Shown here: one piece after another, positions 54,666 to 63,697 of the stretch | How positions within the stretch are numbered: the first letter of the stretch is position 1 | How the letters are laid out: the number at the start of each line of letters is the position of its first letter | Virus record (IMG/VR): IMGVR_UViG_3300023218_000040 | Coordinates: 140,015 to 204,014 of that record | DNA: 64,000 nt | Source: a virus | Taxonomy: Duplodnaviria; Caudoviricetes | Reading direction: 5' to 3' (one strand) | The notes under the pieces: generated by a model | Told to the model about the DNA's origin: nothing | Database searches by the model: none | Seen by the model: only the letters and a program-made list of their open reading frames with translations | Program-made: the position numbers and the translations under genes

Positions 54666-55195
54666 TGGATTGCATGGTAGACATCGAAACGCTCGATACT
54701 GAGCCCACTTCAGCGGTGCTTAGTATCGGTGCGGTGTTATTCAATATTGATAGAGAGGGAACGATTGACGCTCCCTTCCATCAGAACATTACATTCGAGT
54801 CTGCCTTGACCTATGGCACCTTCTCAGAGTCCACAGTATCGTGGTGGGAGAAGCAAGGGGATGATGCTAAAGCATCGTTGTTTGATCCAGAGCCAGTAGA
54901 ATTGAAGGCTGCTCTTGACGACTTCTATAAGTGGTGCAAGCAGATGAAGGCAAAGAGGGTGTGGGCAAACAGTCCATCATTTGATGTCATCATACTGAGA
55001 AACGCCTGTAAGGAAGTTGGCTCCAAATGGCCTTTTTCTCCATGGGTTGAAATGGATGTGAGAACAATCAAGAATTTGATGCCGGAAGCTAAGAAGAAAA
55101 CATTTAAGGGTACAGTTCACCATCCAGTTGACGATGCGGTAAATCAAGTTGAAATCGTTCAAGCGTTCCATCGTTGGGTTTATAGTGACCGCTAG
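54665..55195 (+). CDS. DEDDh 3'-5' exoribonuclease (Rv2179c/DUF5051-like)
   Basis: MVDIETL...VLSIGAV, WANSPSFD, DVRT, H.PVDDA..Q. Confidence 0.85.
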   Translation: MDCMVDIETLDTEPTSAVLSIGAVLFNIDREGTIDAPFHQNITFESALTYGTFSESTVSWWEKQGDDAKASLFDPEPVELKAALDDFYKWCKQMKAKRVWANSPSFDVIILRNACKEVGSKWPFSPWVEMDVRTIKNLMPEAKKKTFKGTVHHPVDDAVNQVEIVQAFHRWVYSDR

Positions 55196-55424
55196 TCTGT
55201 CATTTCCGGCAGTCGCAAGAGATCCAAACCCACATATTTGGCGTATCTGTGTTTACTATGAGGAGACGCAGGAGACCCGATGTGGAGTTCATCTATTCAC
55301 TGAGCTTCAGTCTTGTGAAAAGGCAAAGGAATGGTTTGAGAAACGGTCGGAATGGCATGAAAAGAATGTCTTCGAGTGCAATACCTTGACTGAAATTTCG
55401 AAACTACCTATATTTGGAAGATGA
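55149..55424 (+). CDS. Hypothetical, possibly secreted Cys protein
   Basis: Signal-like N-terminus, four Cys. Confidence 0.45.
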   Translation: MKSFKRSIVGFIVTASLSFPAVARDPNPHIWRICVYYEETQETRCGVHLFTELQSCEKAKEWFEKRSEWHEKNVFECNTLTEISKLPIFGR

Positions 55425-55615
55425 AACCGAAGACTCTAACAGTAGGACGAACGATGACGATCAATCTCGGCAACTACGAGAGTGACCGTCCGCACGCCGA
55501 AATCACCGTGGAACTGGAGGAGGGCGATGACATTGCTCGTTGCACAGCCAGTCTCATAGATCAAGTTAACGCAACCTTGATGGCAATCCATGAATCAGAA
55601 TCCCCAAGCTCTTAG
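55421..55615 (+). CDS. Hypothetical protein
   Basis: ATGA overlap; TINLGNYES motif. Confidence 0.6.
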   Translation: MKPKTLTVGRTMTINLGNYESDRPHAEITVELEEGDDIARCTASLIDQVNATLMAIHESESPSS

Positions 55616-56183
55616 CAGTTATATTTCAACTAGTCACCTGAAAAGCTCCACCCTACTTCTTCGTCAAGTGTTAGCATCCAGGTACGTACATGATTGTGAT
55701 CATGTAATAGAGATTGGTGGTGGTGATTTGCCAATTGCCCCTTATCTTTTAGAGTTTTCTAAAAGACCCATGAGCTATGTTACGGTAGACTTACGATACC
55801 GTGATGATTCTAAGCTACCCGGAATGAAAGGAGAATACACGTTAATACCTTTCCCTAAAATGGGTGATGAACAACGAGCGATTTGTGGTAGGCATGATGA
55901 TGTCGGTCTAGAAGAACTGGCACGTTGCAAGGGACAAGGCGAAACAATCGGGTTAGTCATCCTGGGATGCTCCATTCGTACCGGATACGATGTCTTACTT
56001 GATATGGCGTTGCAAAGCACTAGAGTTGTTTTCGAGTATCGCAAGGGGAAATCCATAGAGAGCAACAGAAGATTGGAAAACGATCTCACTGCCCAGGGGT
56101 TCAAAGCATTAGTAGAACTGAGTTATGTTTGCCCTGACCCGATGCATAAGAGACGTTTGGTAATACTTGACAAATCCAAGTGA
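55590..56183 (+). CDS. Hypothetical, possible degenerate methyltransferase fold
   Basis: VIEIGGG...TVD. Confidence 0.45.
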   Translation: MNQNPQALSSYISTSHLKSSTLLLRQVLASRYVHDCDHVIEIGGGDLPIAPYLLEFSKRPMSYVTVDLRYRDDSKLPGMKGEYTLIPFPKMGDEQRAICGRHDDVGLEELARCKGQGETIGLVILGCSIRTGYDVLLDMALQSTRVVFEYRKGKSIESNRRLENDLTAQGFKALVELSYVCPDPMHKRRLVILDKSK

Positions 56184-56197
56184 TGGTTCTATAAATA
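56167..56197 (+). promoter_or_regulatory. Dual sigma70/late promoter for tRNA pair
   Basis: TTGACA-17-TATAAATA. Confidence 0.8.
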
Positions 56198-56206
56198 AGG
56201 TTTTAT

Positions 56207-56280
56207 GCCCTTGTAGCTCAACTGGACAGAGCACTCGGCTCCTACCCGAAAGGTTACAGGTTCGACTCCTGTCAAGGGCG
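56207..56280 (+). tRNA. tRNA-Arg(CCT), CCA not encoded
   Basis: GCTC-AACTGGACA-GAGC, TCGG-CTCCTAC-CCGA. Confidence 0.88.
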
Positions 56281-56286
56281 CAAAAT

Positions 56287-56362
56287 GCTGCCGTAGCTCA
56301 GTTGGCAGAGTACTTCATTGGTAATGAAGAGGTCGTGAGTTCGAATCTCACCGGTAGCACCA
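56287..56362 (+). tRNA. tRNA-Thr(GGT)
   Basis: CTTCA-TTGGTAA-TGAAG, CCA. Confidence 0.93.
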
Positions 56363-56442
56363 AATTTGTTACATTGTCTTGACTCATGTTTTATCCCCTA
56401 TAAATATAGGGGAAATCGTTCCCAATAATGGAGGAAAAAATC

Positions 56443-56574
56443 ATGGGTTTTGACAAAAAGTGGATTCTATACGGCGCACTAGCCGTTGTTGTGCTTCTAG
56501 CCGTACTAGGTTTTTCTGGATTCCTACCGGGACCAGATAGCCTTGGTGGCGAGGCACCAGGATCGCTCAACTAA
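56443..56574 (+). CDS. 43-aa single-TM protein (not in ORF track)
   Basis: RBS GGAGG; TATAAATA upstream. Confidence 0.55.
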   Translation: MGFDKKWILYGALAVVVLLAVLGFSGFLPGPDSLGGEAPGSLN

Positions 56575-56604
56575 GCGAGTCGGGGGCATCAGTTGCCCCC
56601 AAAT

Positions 56605-56678
56605 GCGGGATTGGTATAGAGGTTGTGCCTCAGCCTTCCAAGCTGAAGAGGCGGGTTCGAGTCCCGCATCCCGCTCCA
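56605..56678 (+). tRNA. tRNA-Gly(TCC)
   Basis: TCAGC-CTTCCAA-GCTGA, U73, CCA. Confidence 0.92.
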
Positions 56679-56700
56679 ATCTATTTCAGTGAATACCTTC

Positions 56701-57069
56701 ATGAGAGAGTATTACAAGCCCCGAGACAACAGAACCCCACCGATTTCGTTCACTACGGATGGATGCTCAGGTGGTATGTCTTGGTTCTGGCAGACATTCG
56801 TCAAGCCTTTTACAAAGACCGATCTTCCCTGGCATGGTTGTTGTGTTGAGCACGACCGTAAATACTGGAGAGGAGGAACTTGGGCAGATCGGGTTCAAGC
56901 AGATCTAGATCTCTATAAGTGCGTGAAGGACAATGGTTATCCAATTTGGGCGTACTTGATGTATCACGGTGTTCGATTTGGTGGGAGCCCATTCTACCCG
57001 TTCGGATGGAGATGGGGGTACGGATACGAATACCCACTGTGGAAAAAATGGTTCAGTGGCATGAATTGA
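56701..57069 (+). CDS. Prokaryotic phospholipase A2-like protein
   Basis: FTTDGCS...CCVEHD..YW.GG...R..AD..L..CV. Confidence 0.6.
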   Translation: MREYYKPRDNRTPPISFTTDGCSGGMSWFWQTFVKPFTKTDLPWHGCCVEHDRKYWRGGTWADRVQADLDLYKCVKDNGYPIWAYLMYHGVRFGGSPFYPFGWRWGYGYEYPLWKKWFSGMN

Positions 57070-57144
57070 GGAAATTGCCTGTTGACGTTTGTGTTGCCAC
57101 TACCTATATATTAGGATACGAAACACTAAAAGAGGTAACTCAAC

Positions 57145-57735
57145 ATGTTATCAACTCGTGGTAATGACGCCATTCTCTCAAAATGGGTTATCGTTAACAC
57201 ACTTTGGACTTCGCTGGTGGCAGCGGCTTGGCACCAAGGGTGGATTTCGTATATTTTCGAGAAGGACATCACCTATATCTCCCATGGTATTGCAGTTAGT
57301 TTTCTTCTTGTTCTAGCTGTAAGCGCTTACCGAGCAGTTCAGCTTCGTAATTTCTTCAGGATTTCGGATAGTATCCGAGAAGCATATCTCAAAGCGTCAA
57401 ACCGAGAAGGTTCCGACCGTTCAGAATCTCGTGATGCTCTCAAGACCGAACTCATAAGCAACGCATCTTTCATCGACTTCTTCGCAACCGCTGCTTTGGC
57501 AGTAGGTGTCATGGGCACGGTTGTAGGACTGATTTTCGGATTTTCGCATGTCAATCCGGAAGACATCTCCAACGCAGCGAATGCTGGTGCGGTAGTGGGT
57601 GGTCTCCTGAAAGGACTATCCGTAGCATTCCATACTACTCTGGTTGGTGGCGTAGTGAACTTGTGGCTTCGAACCAATCATTACATTTTAATGCAAGGCA
57701 ACGCATACTTGTACTCCAAGGTACTCGGAGGATAA
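57145..57735 (+). CDS. MotA/TolQ/ExbB-like membrane protein
   Basis: Four TM segments; GVMGTVVGL and AFHTTLVG. Confidence 0.75.
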   Translation: MLSTRGNDAILSKWVIVNTLWTSLVAAAWHQGWISYIFEKDITYISHGIAVSFLLVLAVSAYRAVQLRNFFRISDSIREAYLKASNREGSDRSESRDALKTELISNASFIDFFATAALAVGVMGTVVGLIFGFSHVNPEDISNAANAGAVVGGLLKGLSVAFHTTLVGGVVNLWLRTNHYILMQGNAYLYSKVLGG

Positions 57736-57739
57736 CATC

Positions 57740-58381
57740 ATGCTGGACAATTCCTGGTTCAGCGGATCTTTTGGTGACGAACGCACCACCAATACCCTAT
57801 TTCGAGATTTGATTTTGGGCGCTTTGGGTGGTGTCATGGTGGCATTGCTCATTCTGATCTTCCACATCAACCCACCAAAAGAGAACGACGCTGAGAAAGA
57901 GCGGTCTCGTGGTAATATTCGAGTTGAGATCATTTGGCCACAAGACCTAAACGTAGACATTGATCTATGGTCCAAAGCTCCTGGTGATACTCCAGTAGGA
58001 TATTCAAACCTCACGGGTGTAGTGTTCAACCTAGTTCGTGATGACCTGGGTAATTACGCCGACCTATCTGAAATGAACTACGAGGTTTCATTCTCCCGTG
58101 GCATTCCGCCGGGAGAATACATTATCAATCTCCATTGGTTTAGTAACGCTCATGGCGCAACATCGGTGCCTGTGAAGGTTTTGATCACTATGAGGAAGGA
58201 TGACACCGAATCATCTACATCTTCTTCGATCAAGGTGTTAAGTAAGATCGTTACACTAAATCATGTAACCGAAGAAGTTACAGCAATACGGTTCAAGATT
58301 GATGATAACAGAAATCTTGTGAAGGATAGTTTCTCAACCGTATTCAAGTCTATCAGAACTGGTGATAAATATGGAAATTGA
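57740..58381 (+). CDS. MotB/ExbD-like single-TM partner with beta-sandwich periplasmic domain
   Basis: TM with Asp (LFRDLIL), then VEIIWP..VDIDLW...DDLG..NYE...GEYIINLH. Confidence 0.6.
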   Translation: MLDNSWFSGSFGDERTTNTLFRDLILGALGGVMVALLILIFHINPPKENDAEKERSRGNIRVEIIWPQDLNVDIDLWSKAPGDTPVGYSNLTGVVFNLVRDDLGNYADLSEMNYEVSFSRGIPPGEYIINLHWFSNAHGATSVPVKVLITMRKDDTESSTSSSIKVLSKIVTLNHVTEEVTAIRFKIDDNRNLVKDSFSTVFKSIRTGDKYGN

Positions 58382-58925
58382 AACATTAACGTTATTCAGC
58401 GAACGAACCGATATGACGCTATACACACTGTTTGCATCATTAGGCATTGCAGTGTTCTTGGTGTCGATACTTGGAATATTCGATAAGTTTCCACTCCGAC
58501 GTTCAATCATTTCGGTTTTCTTCATGGTGGCACTAGGTGTCGGGTATGTCGCCATGGGAGAACTATTAAGTAGACCAAAACCGGTGGACATTCTAACCTG
58601 GGAGCGTCCCGACGTTGAGGACGCTACAATCTTGGCACAATTTCTACAAGAAGGTAAAGCTATCTATCTTCTGTTGATGTATGAAGGCATCATTGTACCG
58701 AGGTACTATCAGTTTCCTTGGAATCAAGAGATGGCTGAGAAGTTGCAACGTGGTCAACGTGCTACTGCGCTGGGTGATATACAGGGTATGATGTTGAAAT
58801 TCCCGTTTCAAAATTCTTTGGAAGGACGAGAGCATCCAGAAGTATATGAGCTTCCATGGCCCAAACCTCCTGAAAAGAGAGATCCTAACGAGCGAGAAGT
58901 TATAGATTTGGATAAGATGGTTTAA
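58371..58925 (+). CDS. Two-TM membrane protein, third gene of the triad
   Basis: Two TM helices, LLSRPKP, IYL....PRYY..PW. Confidence 0.6.
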   Translation: MEIETLTLFSERTDMTLYTLFASLGIAVFLVSILGIFDKFPLRRSIISVFFMVALGVGYVAMGELLSRPKPVDILTWERPDVEDATILAQFLQEGKAIYLLLMYEGIIVPRYYQFPWNQEMAEKLQRGQRATALGDIQGMMLKFPFQNSLEGREHPEVYELPWPKPPEKRDPNEREVIDLDKMV

Positions 58926-59254
58926 GCAGAACCGTCTGCCAGTTCTGAAAACTTTTTCTTTGGCTTCGGAAGAGGGTGCTTTTGTCCAGCACGTAGGAAG
59001 CGGTTGAGGCTTTCCCCACGAAGAAGAGCCACAACCCTGGAATTTTTTGCTGCGCTGTAGATGACAGTATCCACTGAACCAATCTTCTTTTCGACAATCA
59101 ATCTAGCCAAGTATCTGGATGCGATCTCTTGTTTTGAACAAATGATACGAACGATATGACGATCAACGTCACACCGCACCTGAACCTTGTGATTCAGAAA
59201 CTTCGCTGATTCAAACTTCTTGGTTGCGCCCATGTAATGTTTTCCTGTGGTCAT
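58922..59254 (-). CDS. Hypothetical basic protein
   Basis: TAAATA late promoter upstream on the minus strand. Confidence 0.55.
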   Translation of the reverse strand: MTTGKHYMGATKKFESAKFLNHKVQVRCDVDRHIVRIICSKQEIASRYLARLIVEKKIGSVDTVIYSAAKNSRVVALLRGESLNRFLRAGQKHPLPKPKKKFSELADGSA

Positions 59255-59412
59255 TACACAACGTATTTACAAAATTAAGCCCCGAAGGGATGAACCCAGC
59301 GGGGCTTATGGCGAAATCCGCCGAATCTTGTCAGGAGACAAGAACAATGACCATGACCAATGTAAATACTAGGAGCTTGTAAATCAAGCGTTGTGTGATT
59401 ACTATTGCTGAC

Positions 59413-60102
59413 ATGAGCACCATAGAAGTCCTGAAAAACGTCTATGTAGACGACAGCGTTACACAACTCTTCGATAATCCAATAAAATGGATTGAAGGAA
59501 GAGAGAATTTCATCGTCCGTACGGTTGGTGGAATTCATAATCTTAGTCACCATGACAAAGAAGCCTGGGCCAAGAACGAAGGAAATCCAATCCGAATGGT
59601 CGAATTAGAAACCGGTCGTGAAGAAATTTGGTTTCCTTCTATTATGTCGGGTGCGCCATCCTACATTTCTCTGAACGTTGATGGTGAGATTCAGTCTCAC
59701 GTGAAATACAGTCGCATCATGCCTGCTGTATCTTTGGACAATTTCAACATGTCGGTGAAGATGTGGTACGAAAACGGTGTCATCTCTCGTGACGACCAGA
59801 ACCCCTCTTTGGAAGCCAATCGACTCATGCTTAGTATACAAGACGAAGATTTGAAAGATTTCGTCACTGCTATCATCTTCAAGAAATTCTCCGAGACTTG
59901 GGAAGATGGAAAATGGAAGAGAACCGAAACCTACGACATGGAATTCGTGTTTTCTGATTCTGCTTTGAACAGACCGAAGATAAAGGAAAAAGCCACCAAG
60001 TGGATCTCTGATCACTGCAAAGGGGGCTTTTTCCCATTATCGAAGAATTTGTTTCGAGAGAAGGATGAAGAATTTATGTTCATCTCTGACTTTTCTTCTT
60101 GA
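59413..60102 (+). CDS. Hypothetical protein
   Basis: Long ORF. Confidence 0.55.
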   Translation: MSTIEVLKNVYVDDSVTQLFDNPIKWIEGRENFIVRTVGGIHNLSHHDKEAWAKNEGNPIRMVELETGREEIWFPSIMSGAPSYISLNVDGEIQSHVKYSRIMPAVSLDNFNMSVKMWYENGVISRDDQNPSLEANRLMLSIQDEDLKDFVTAIIFKKFSETWEDGKWKRTETYDMEFVFSDSALNRPKIKEKATKWISDHCKGGFFPLSKNLFREKDEEFMFISDFSS

Positions 60103-60156
60103 CAATTGTAATCCATCCTTATACATTGCTTCTGTAATTCAACGAGGGAGTTCCCC

Positions 60157-60489
60157 GTGCGTAAAGACATCATCGATTGGTTCGCAAACGGCGAGACCGG
60201 TCTATCATCTTCGGCTATGGCTGCCGCAGTGGCAGGTATCACCCCTAAGCGTCCGTTGTTTCCGCTGGATCCCGCTGACCTTCGCCGTTGTGTTTGGTTT
60301 TTGGAGGCTGTACCCCAGGCTCGTCGGCATCTCAACAAGGTGCGAAAACTCGGTCCCGTGTGGAACGACCTCATCGACAACTGGCAGGAACTGGAGACAC
60401 TTCTGCGTGAGGAGATGGCAACGGGCAACAAAGCTCCTCGCACGTACGAGCGCATGAAGGAAATCATCGGAGACCGGCCATGGATTTGA
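60157..60489 (+). CDS. Conserved phage hypothetical protein
   Basis: W..NGETGLSS..M...P.DPAD..RC..L..VP; early promoter upstream. Confidence 0.7.
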   Translation: MRKDIIDWFANGETGLSSSAMAAAVAGITPKRPLFPLDPADLRRCVWFLEAVPQARRHLNKVRKLGPVWNDLIDNWQELETLLREEMATGNKAPRTYERMKEIIGDRPWI

Positions 60490-60908
60490 TGAAAGAGCCA
60501 AACCCGTATCTGTACATCCTGATGCGGTCGGACCTGGACAGCATGAACCCTGGCAAGAAGGTTGCTCAGGGCGCACATGCTGCCAACCAGTTCGTGTTCG
60601 AGTTCATGCGGGATACCGAAAAACCAAACTATCCCAATCGCATGATCATGATGTTTGAGCAGTGGCAGACTTCCACTCCACAAGGTTTCGGTGTGACCAT
60701 CACCCTGGACATCGACGGCAACAAGCTTCCGCTGGTGTACAAGGCTGCCAAGAAGATGGGCTTCCCGGCTGGTGTGACACATGATCCGAGCTACCCCATC
60801 ACCGATGGTCTGGTCACTCACCTGATTCCGCTGGATACCTGTGGTTACGTTTTCGGTGACAAGGACGATCTGAAGATCCTTCTAGGCCAGTTGAACCTGC
60901 TCCCGTAA
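60480..60908 (+). CDS. Peptidyl-tRNA hydrolase type 2-like protein
   Basis: YILMRSDL.SMNPGK..AQ.AHA, V.DPSY, TCGYVFG. Confidence 0.7.
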   Translation: MDLMKEPNPYLYILMRSDLDSMNPGKKVAQGAHAANQFVFEFMRDTEKPNYPNRMIMMFEQWQTSTPQGFGVTITLDIDGNKLPLVYKAAKKMGFPAGVTHDPSYPITDGLVTHLIPLDTCGYVFGDKDDLKILLGQLNLLP

Positions 60909-60960
60909 GGAGGGTATCATGACGGCACAAAATCGAAGACGGAATTAAGGAAATTATGGT

Positions 60961-61503
60961 ATGATCTATCCGGAAGTACAGAAGTTCATTGATGCAGTTC
61001 GTCCGAAGCTCAATCTTTTTGACGAGACCGCAGACGATAAGATCAAGGATGATATCCATCAAGCCATTGAGGTCGCATACGAGAAGCATATCTCCGATGC
61101 GATGCTGAGTAAAGATTCTTTCCTCTCCATGGTGCACCAGGAAGACTCGGAGGTCTTCACATGGACTGTAAACCACTTGTTCGCTCCAATCAATTGGAGT
61201 CGGGTGACGATGCACAAACTGTGGGGTGTCAAGAATACAACCACGGGGAACCTTGTTTCTCTCGGCGTCAGCAAGCAAGACGATGGAACCTTCGTTCTTC
61301 GTGATGGTGGAAGTGAGATGAGCTTTTCACCAATGACCAGTGGCAATCAACAGCACATCGTAGAATTCTTGAAGTTACTACAGCAAAATCCACGGGGAGA
61401 GAATATGCCAGTGGCTTCATCCAATGAGGTTTTGGTGGCAATCGACTTTGAGGGAGTCAATCCTATGAACCTGGAAGTCGTGGAAATCAAGGTCATTTTC
61501 TGA
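60961..61503 (+). CDS. Hypothetical protein
   Basis: RBS AAGGA. Confidence 0.55.
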   Translation: MIYPEVQKFIDAVRPKLNLFDETADDKIKDDIHQAIEVAYEKHISDAMLSKDSFLSMVHQEDSEVFTWTVNHLFAPINWSRVTMHKLWGVKNTTTGNLVSLGVSKQDDGTFVLRDGGSEMSFSPMTSGNQQHIVEFLKLLQQNPRGENMPVASSNEVLVAIDFEGVNPMNLEVVEIKVIF

Positions 61504-61621
61504 TGGAAGCAACCATTCTAATTTTGATGTGGTCATTCGGCATTGCCTTGGTTTTGGTTCCGGAACTGGAAAACCCCGTGGCAGGTAGCTAAGAGGTTCT
61601 GGAAAGAATTCCGTGGAAACC

Positions 61622-61652
61622 TTGACAACAAAAGATAAAAGAACTATAAATA
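61622..61652 (+). promoter_or_regulatory. Dual sigma70/late promoter for the tRNA-Ala pair
   Basis: TTGACA-17-TATAAATA. Confidence 0.8.
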
Positions 61653-61733
61653 CATTATAGAGACGCTCCGTAGCCCCAACATAGAATAGTACCTTAGTGC
61701 AGCGTGTGTGGAGGCGGGTCGGTTTCGGTAATT

Positions 61734-61809
61734 GGGGAGTTCATATAACCTGGGATTATGCTGCCTTTGCACGGCAGTCATGCGGGTTCAAATCCCGCAC
61801 TCTCCACCA
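61734..61809 (+). tRNA. tRNA-Ala(TGC)
   Basis: G3.U70, CTGCC-TTTGCAC-GGCAG, CCA. Confidence 0.9.
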
Positions 61810-61814
61810 AATTT

Positions 61815-61887
<73 letters not shown>

Positions 61888-62041
61888 CAAAAGGTTTCTT
61901 GCTTCCTTAAAAAGCAGTCGTGTCCCCCCAAATTTTACCAAGAAGCGACCCTTGGTCTAACTCTTCGATTGACTTCTTGACTTCTTGACTTCTCTCAAGA
62001 AAACCGCTATCATCAAGTAAATAATCACATTAGAGGGCATG

Positions 62042-62440
62042 AACATGAATACCACCTATTTCAAGACAGCTTTCCGAGTGCTGATGGGCATTTTCATCGC
62101 CATCTCTCTCTACGCCGTTGTTATGAAAGATGCCAGCGCACACCACGTCGGTCGTGTTATCGTGGAGCATCACTACCCGTACGGTGTGACTCGTCATAGT
62201 GGGCGACATGGCAGCCGCCATTACCATCACGGTGGTCACTACGGCCCGAATACGTGCTACCGAGAGTGCTTCCATCAGCCCCGCTACGGTCATGGGTATG
62301 GACATTACAAGCACCGTAAGTATGGACATTACAAGCACCGTAAGTATGGACATCACCGTGGTTCCAGCGTGCAGTTCGGTTTCTCGGTGGGTGGTCATGG
62401 TCACCATGGCTTTAGATTCGGATTCAGCCAGCGTCGATGA
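62042..62440 (+). CDS. Exported His/Gly/Tyr-rich protein
   Basis: Signal peptide ending DASA; YGHYKHRK x2 from a 24-bp tandem repeat (62297-62344). Confidence 0.7.
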   Translation, partial: NMNTTYFKTAFRVLMGIFIAISLYAVVMKDASAHHVGRVIVEHHYPYGVTRHSGRHGSRHYHHGGHYGPNTCYRECFHQPRYGHGYGHYKHRKYGHYKHRKYGHHRGSSVQFGFSVGGHGHHGFRFGFSQRR

Positions 62441-62593
62441 TCATCCGGGACAAATTGGGATGGCCGGTGGTTCGTATCAAAATCGGCCAGTCCTGACTGC
62501 AATTAGATACATACTGATAGGCGATATCTACCAGACCTAGAGACTTCGCCACGAAGGCTGTCCACAACAGGAACCAGATCAAAACGTACAGCA

Positions 62594-62668
62594 GGGTCCG
62601 TAACTCAGAGGCAGAGTGCTACCGTGACATGGTAGAAGTCGTAGGTTCGATTCCTACCGGACCCACCA
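62594..62668 (+). tRNA. tRNA-Val(GAC)
   Basis: CTACC-GTGACAT-GGTAG, CCA. Confidence 0.93.
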
Positions 62669-62682
62669 TACAGGATAGTTGA

Positions 62683-63444
62683 ATGAGACTAGCGATCTTC
62701 GGTGTACCAAGAAACGGAACATCACTTCTGTATACTACCATTCGACCCCACTTTCGATACTCTATCAACGAGCCCTTCCCACCGAAGTCTGAAAACATTT
62801 TGGTTGAGGAGGGTGGTCAGTTAGTCAATCATTATACCAGTGACAAAGCTCTTAAAAGCCTAGAGCAAAGCCGTGATGAGCGTCTATTGCTGATGATGAA
62901 ATATCAGCATCACGATTATTTCACTAAGGTTTTCCCTCATGACGTTGCTCATCGTCCTATTTTCGAATGGTTGATGAGAGAGGGTTATGAATTCATCGCA
63001 GTGGAAAGAAAACGGCCAATCGATGCAGTGATTTCGGCGGTGATTGCATATGAAACTGAAGTATGGACTGTTCGTCAAGAAGATAACATTGAGCCTGTTG
63101 ACAAAGCTATTCCTTTCACTATTGCTATGGGTAATTACATGCGGGAATCATACCGCATCTATTATGAATTCGTAGACCGAGGTCCAGTGCGAGCCATTCG
63201 AAAGGTTCTCTACTATGAAGATTTGTCCAAATTAAAGACTCGTGGTGAAATTATGCAAGCCACGGGACTAAGTAGGGGTACGGATGATACTCAGTTGCCG
63301 AGACTCAAAAAGCCAAGAACGGAACATCAGAAACGCAAGTTGATACCCAATATGCCTGAACTGGTTAAATGGTACAAGCGTGACATGCTGCCGATTTTGC
63401 CGGAACGGGCAAAGCAGTTCAACATTGATGAATACACGAGTTAA
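62683..63444 (+). CDS. Sulfotransferase-like protein
   Basis: 5'-PSB loop GVPRNGTSLL, NEPF, ER.RP.D...S..IA, YYED. Confidence 0.7.
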   Translation: MRLAIFGVPRNGTSLLYTTIRPHFRYSINEPFPPKSENILVEEGGQLVNHYTSDKALKSLEQSRDERLLLMMKYQHHDYFTKVFPHDVAHRPIFEWLMREGYEFIAVERKRPIDAVISAVIAYETEVWTVRQEDNIEPVDKAIPFTIAMGNYMRESYRIYYEFVDRGPVRAIRKVLYYEDLSKLKTRGEIMQATGLSRGTDDTQLPRLKKPRTEHQKRKLIPNMPELVKWYKRDMLPILPERAKQFNIDEYTS

Positions 63445-63637
63445 ATATCATCGCCTTCGAGATGTTCACGGACATATGTGGGCTATGATGAAAAGCGAAC
63501 GGCCATTTCCTCATCCACTAGCAATTTATGAGGAAATTACTGAAACTGAGTTTGAAGCAATGCGTCCCTTCGCAACATACGAGCGAGATATGTGTGACGG
63601 TGGGATTTGGGTTTCATTTGATGAACACAAGACATGA
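63428..63637 (+). CDS. Hypothetical protein
   Basis: Overlapping co-oriented ORF. Confidence 0.45.
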   Translation: MNTRVKYHRLRDVHGHMWAMMKSERPFPHPLAIYEEITETEFEAMRPFATYERDMCDGGIWVSFDEHKT

Positions 63638-63697
63638 ATCACTACAGAGAGGACATCGATCATTTCTTTTAGGTTAATCACCTAAAGGAGATGATCA

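Noticed and set aside
57145-58381. Zorya ZorAB defence system
   Set aside because: The MotA-like protein lacks the long ZorA tail, the partner shows no OmpA-like motif, and no zorC/D/E genes are present.
61664-61730. Degenerate tRNA upstream of tRNA-Ala(TGC)
   Set aside because: A GCTCCGTAGC-like start, but no T-arm, anticodon arm or acceptor complement.
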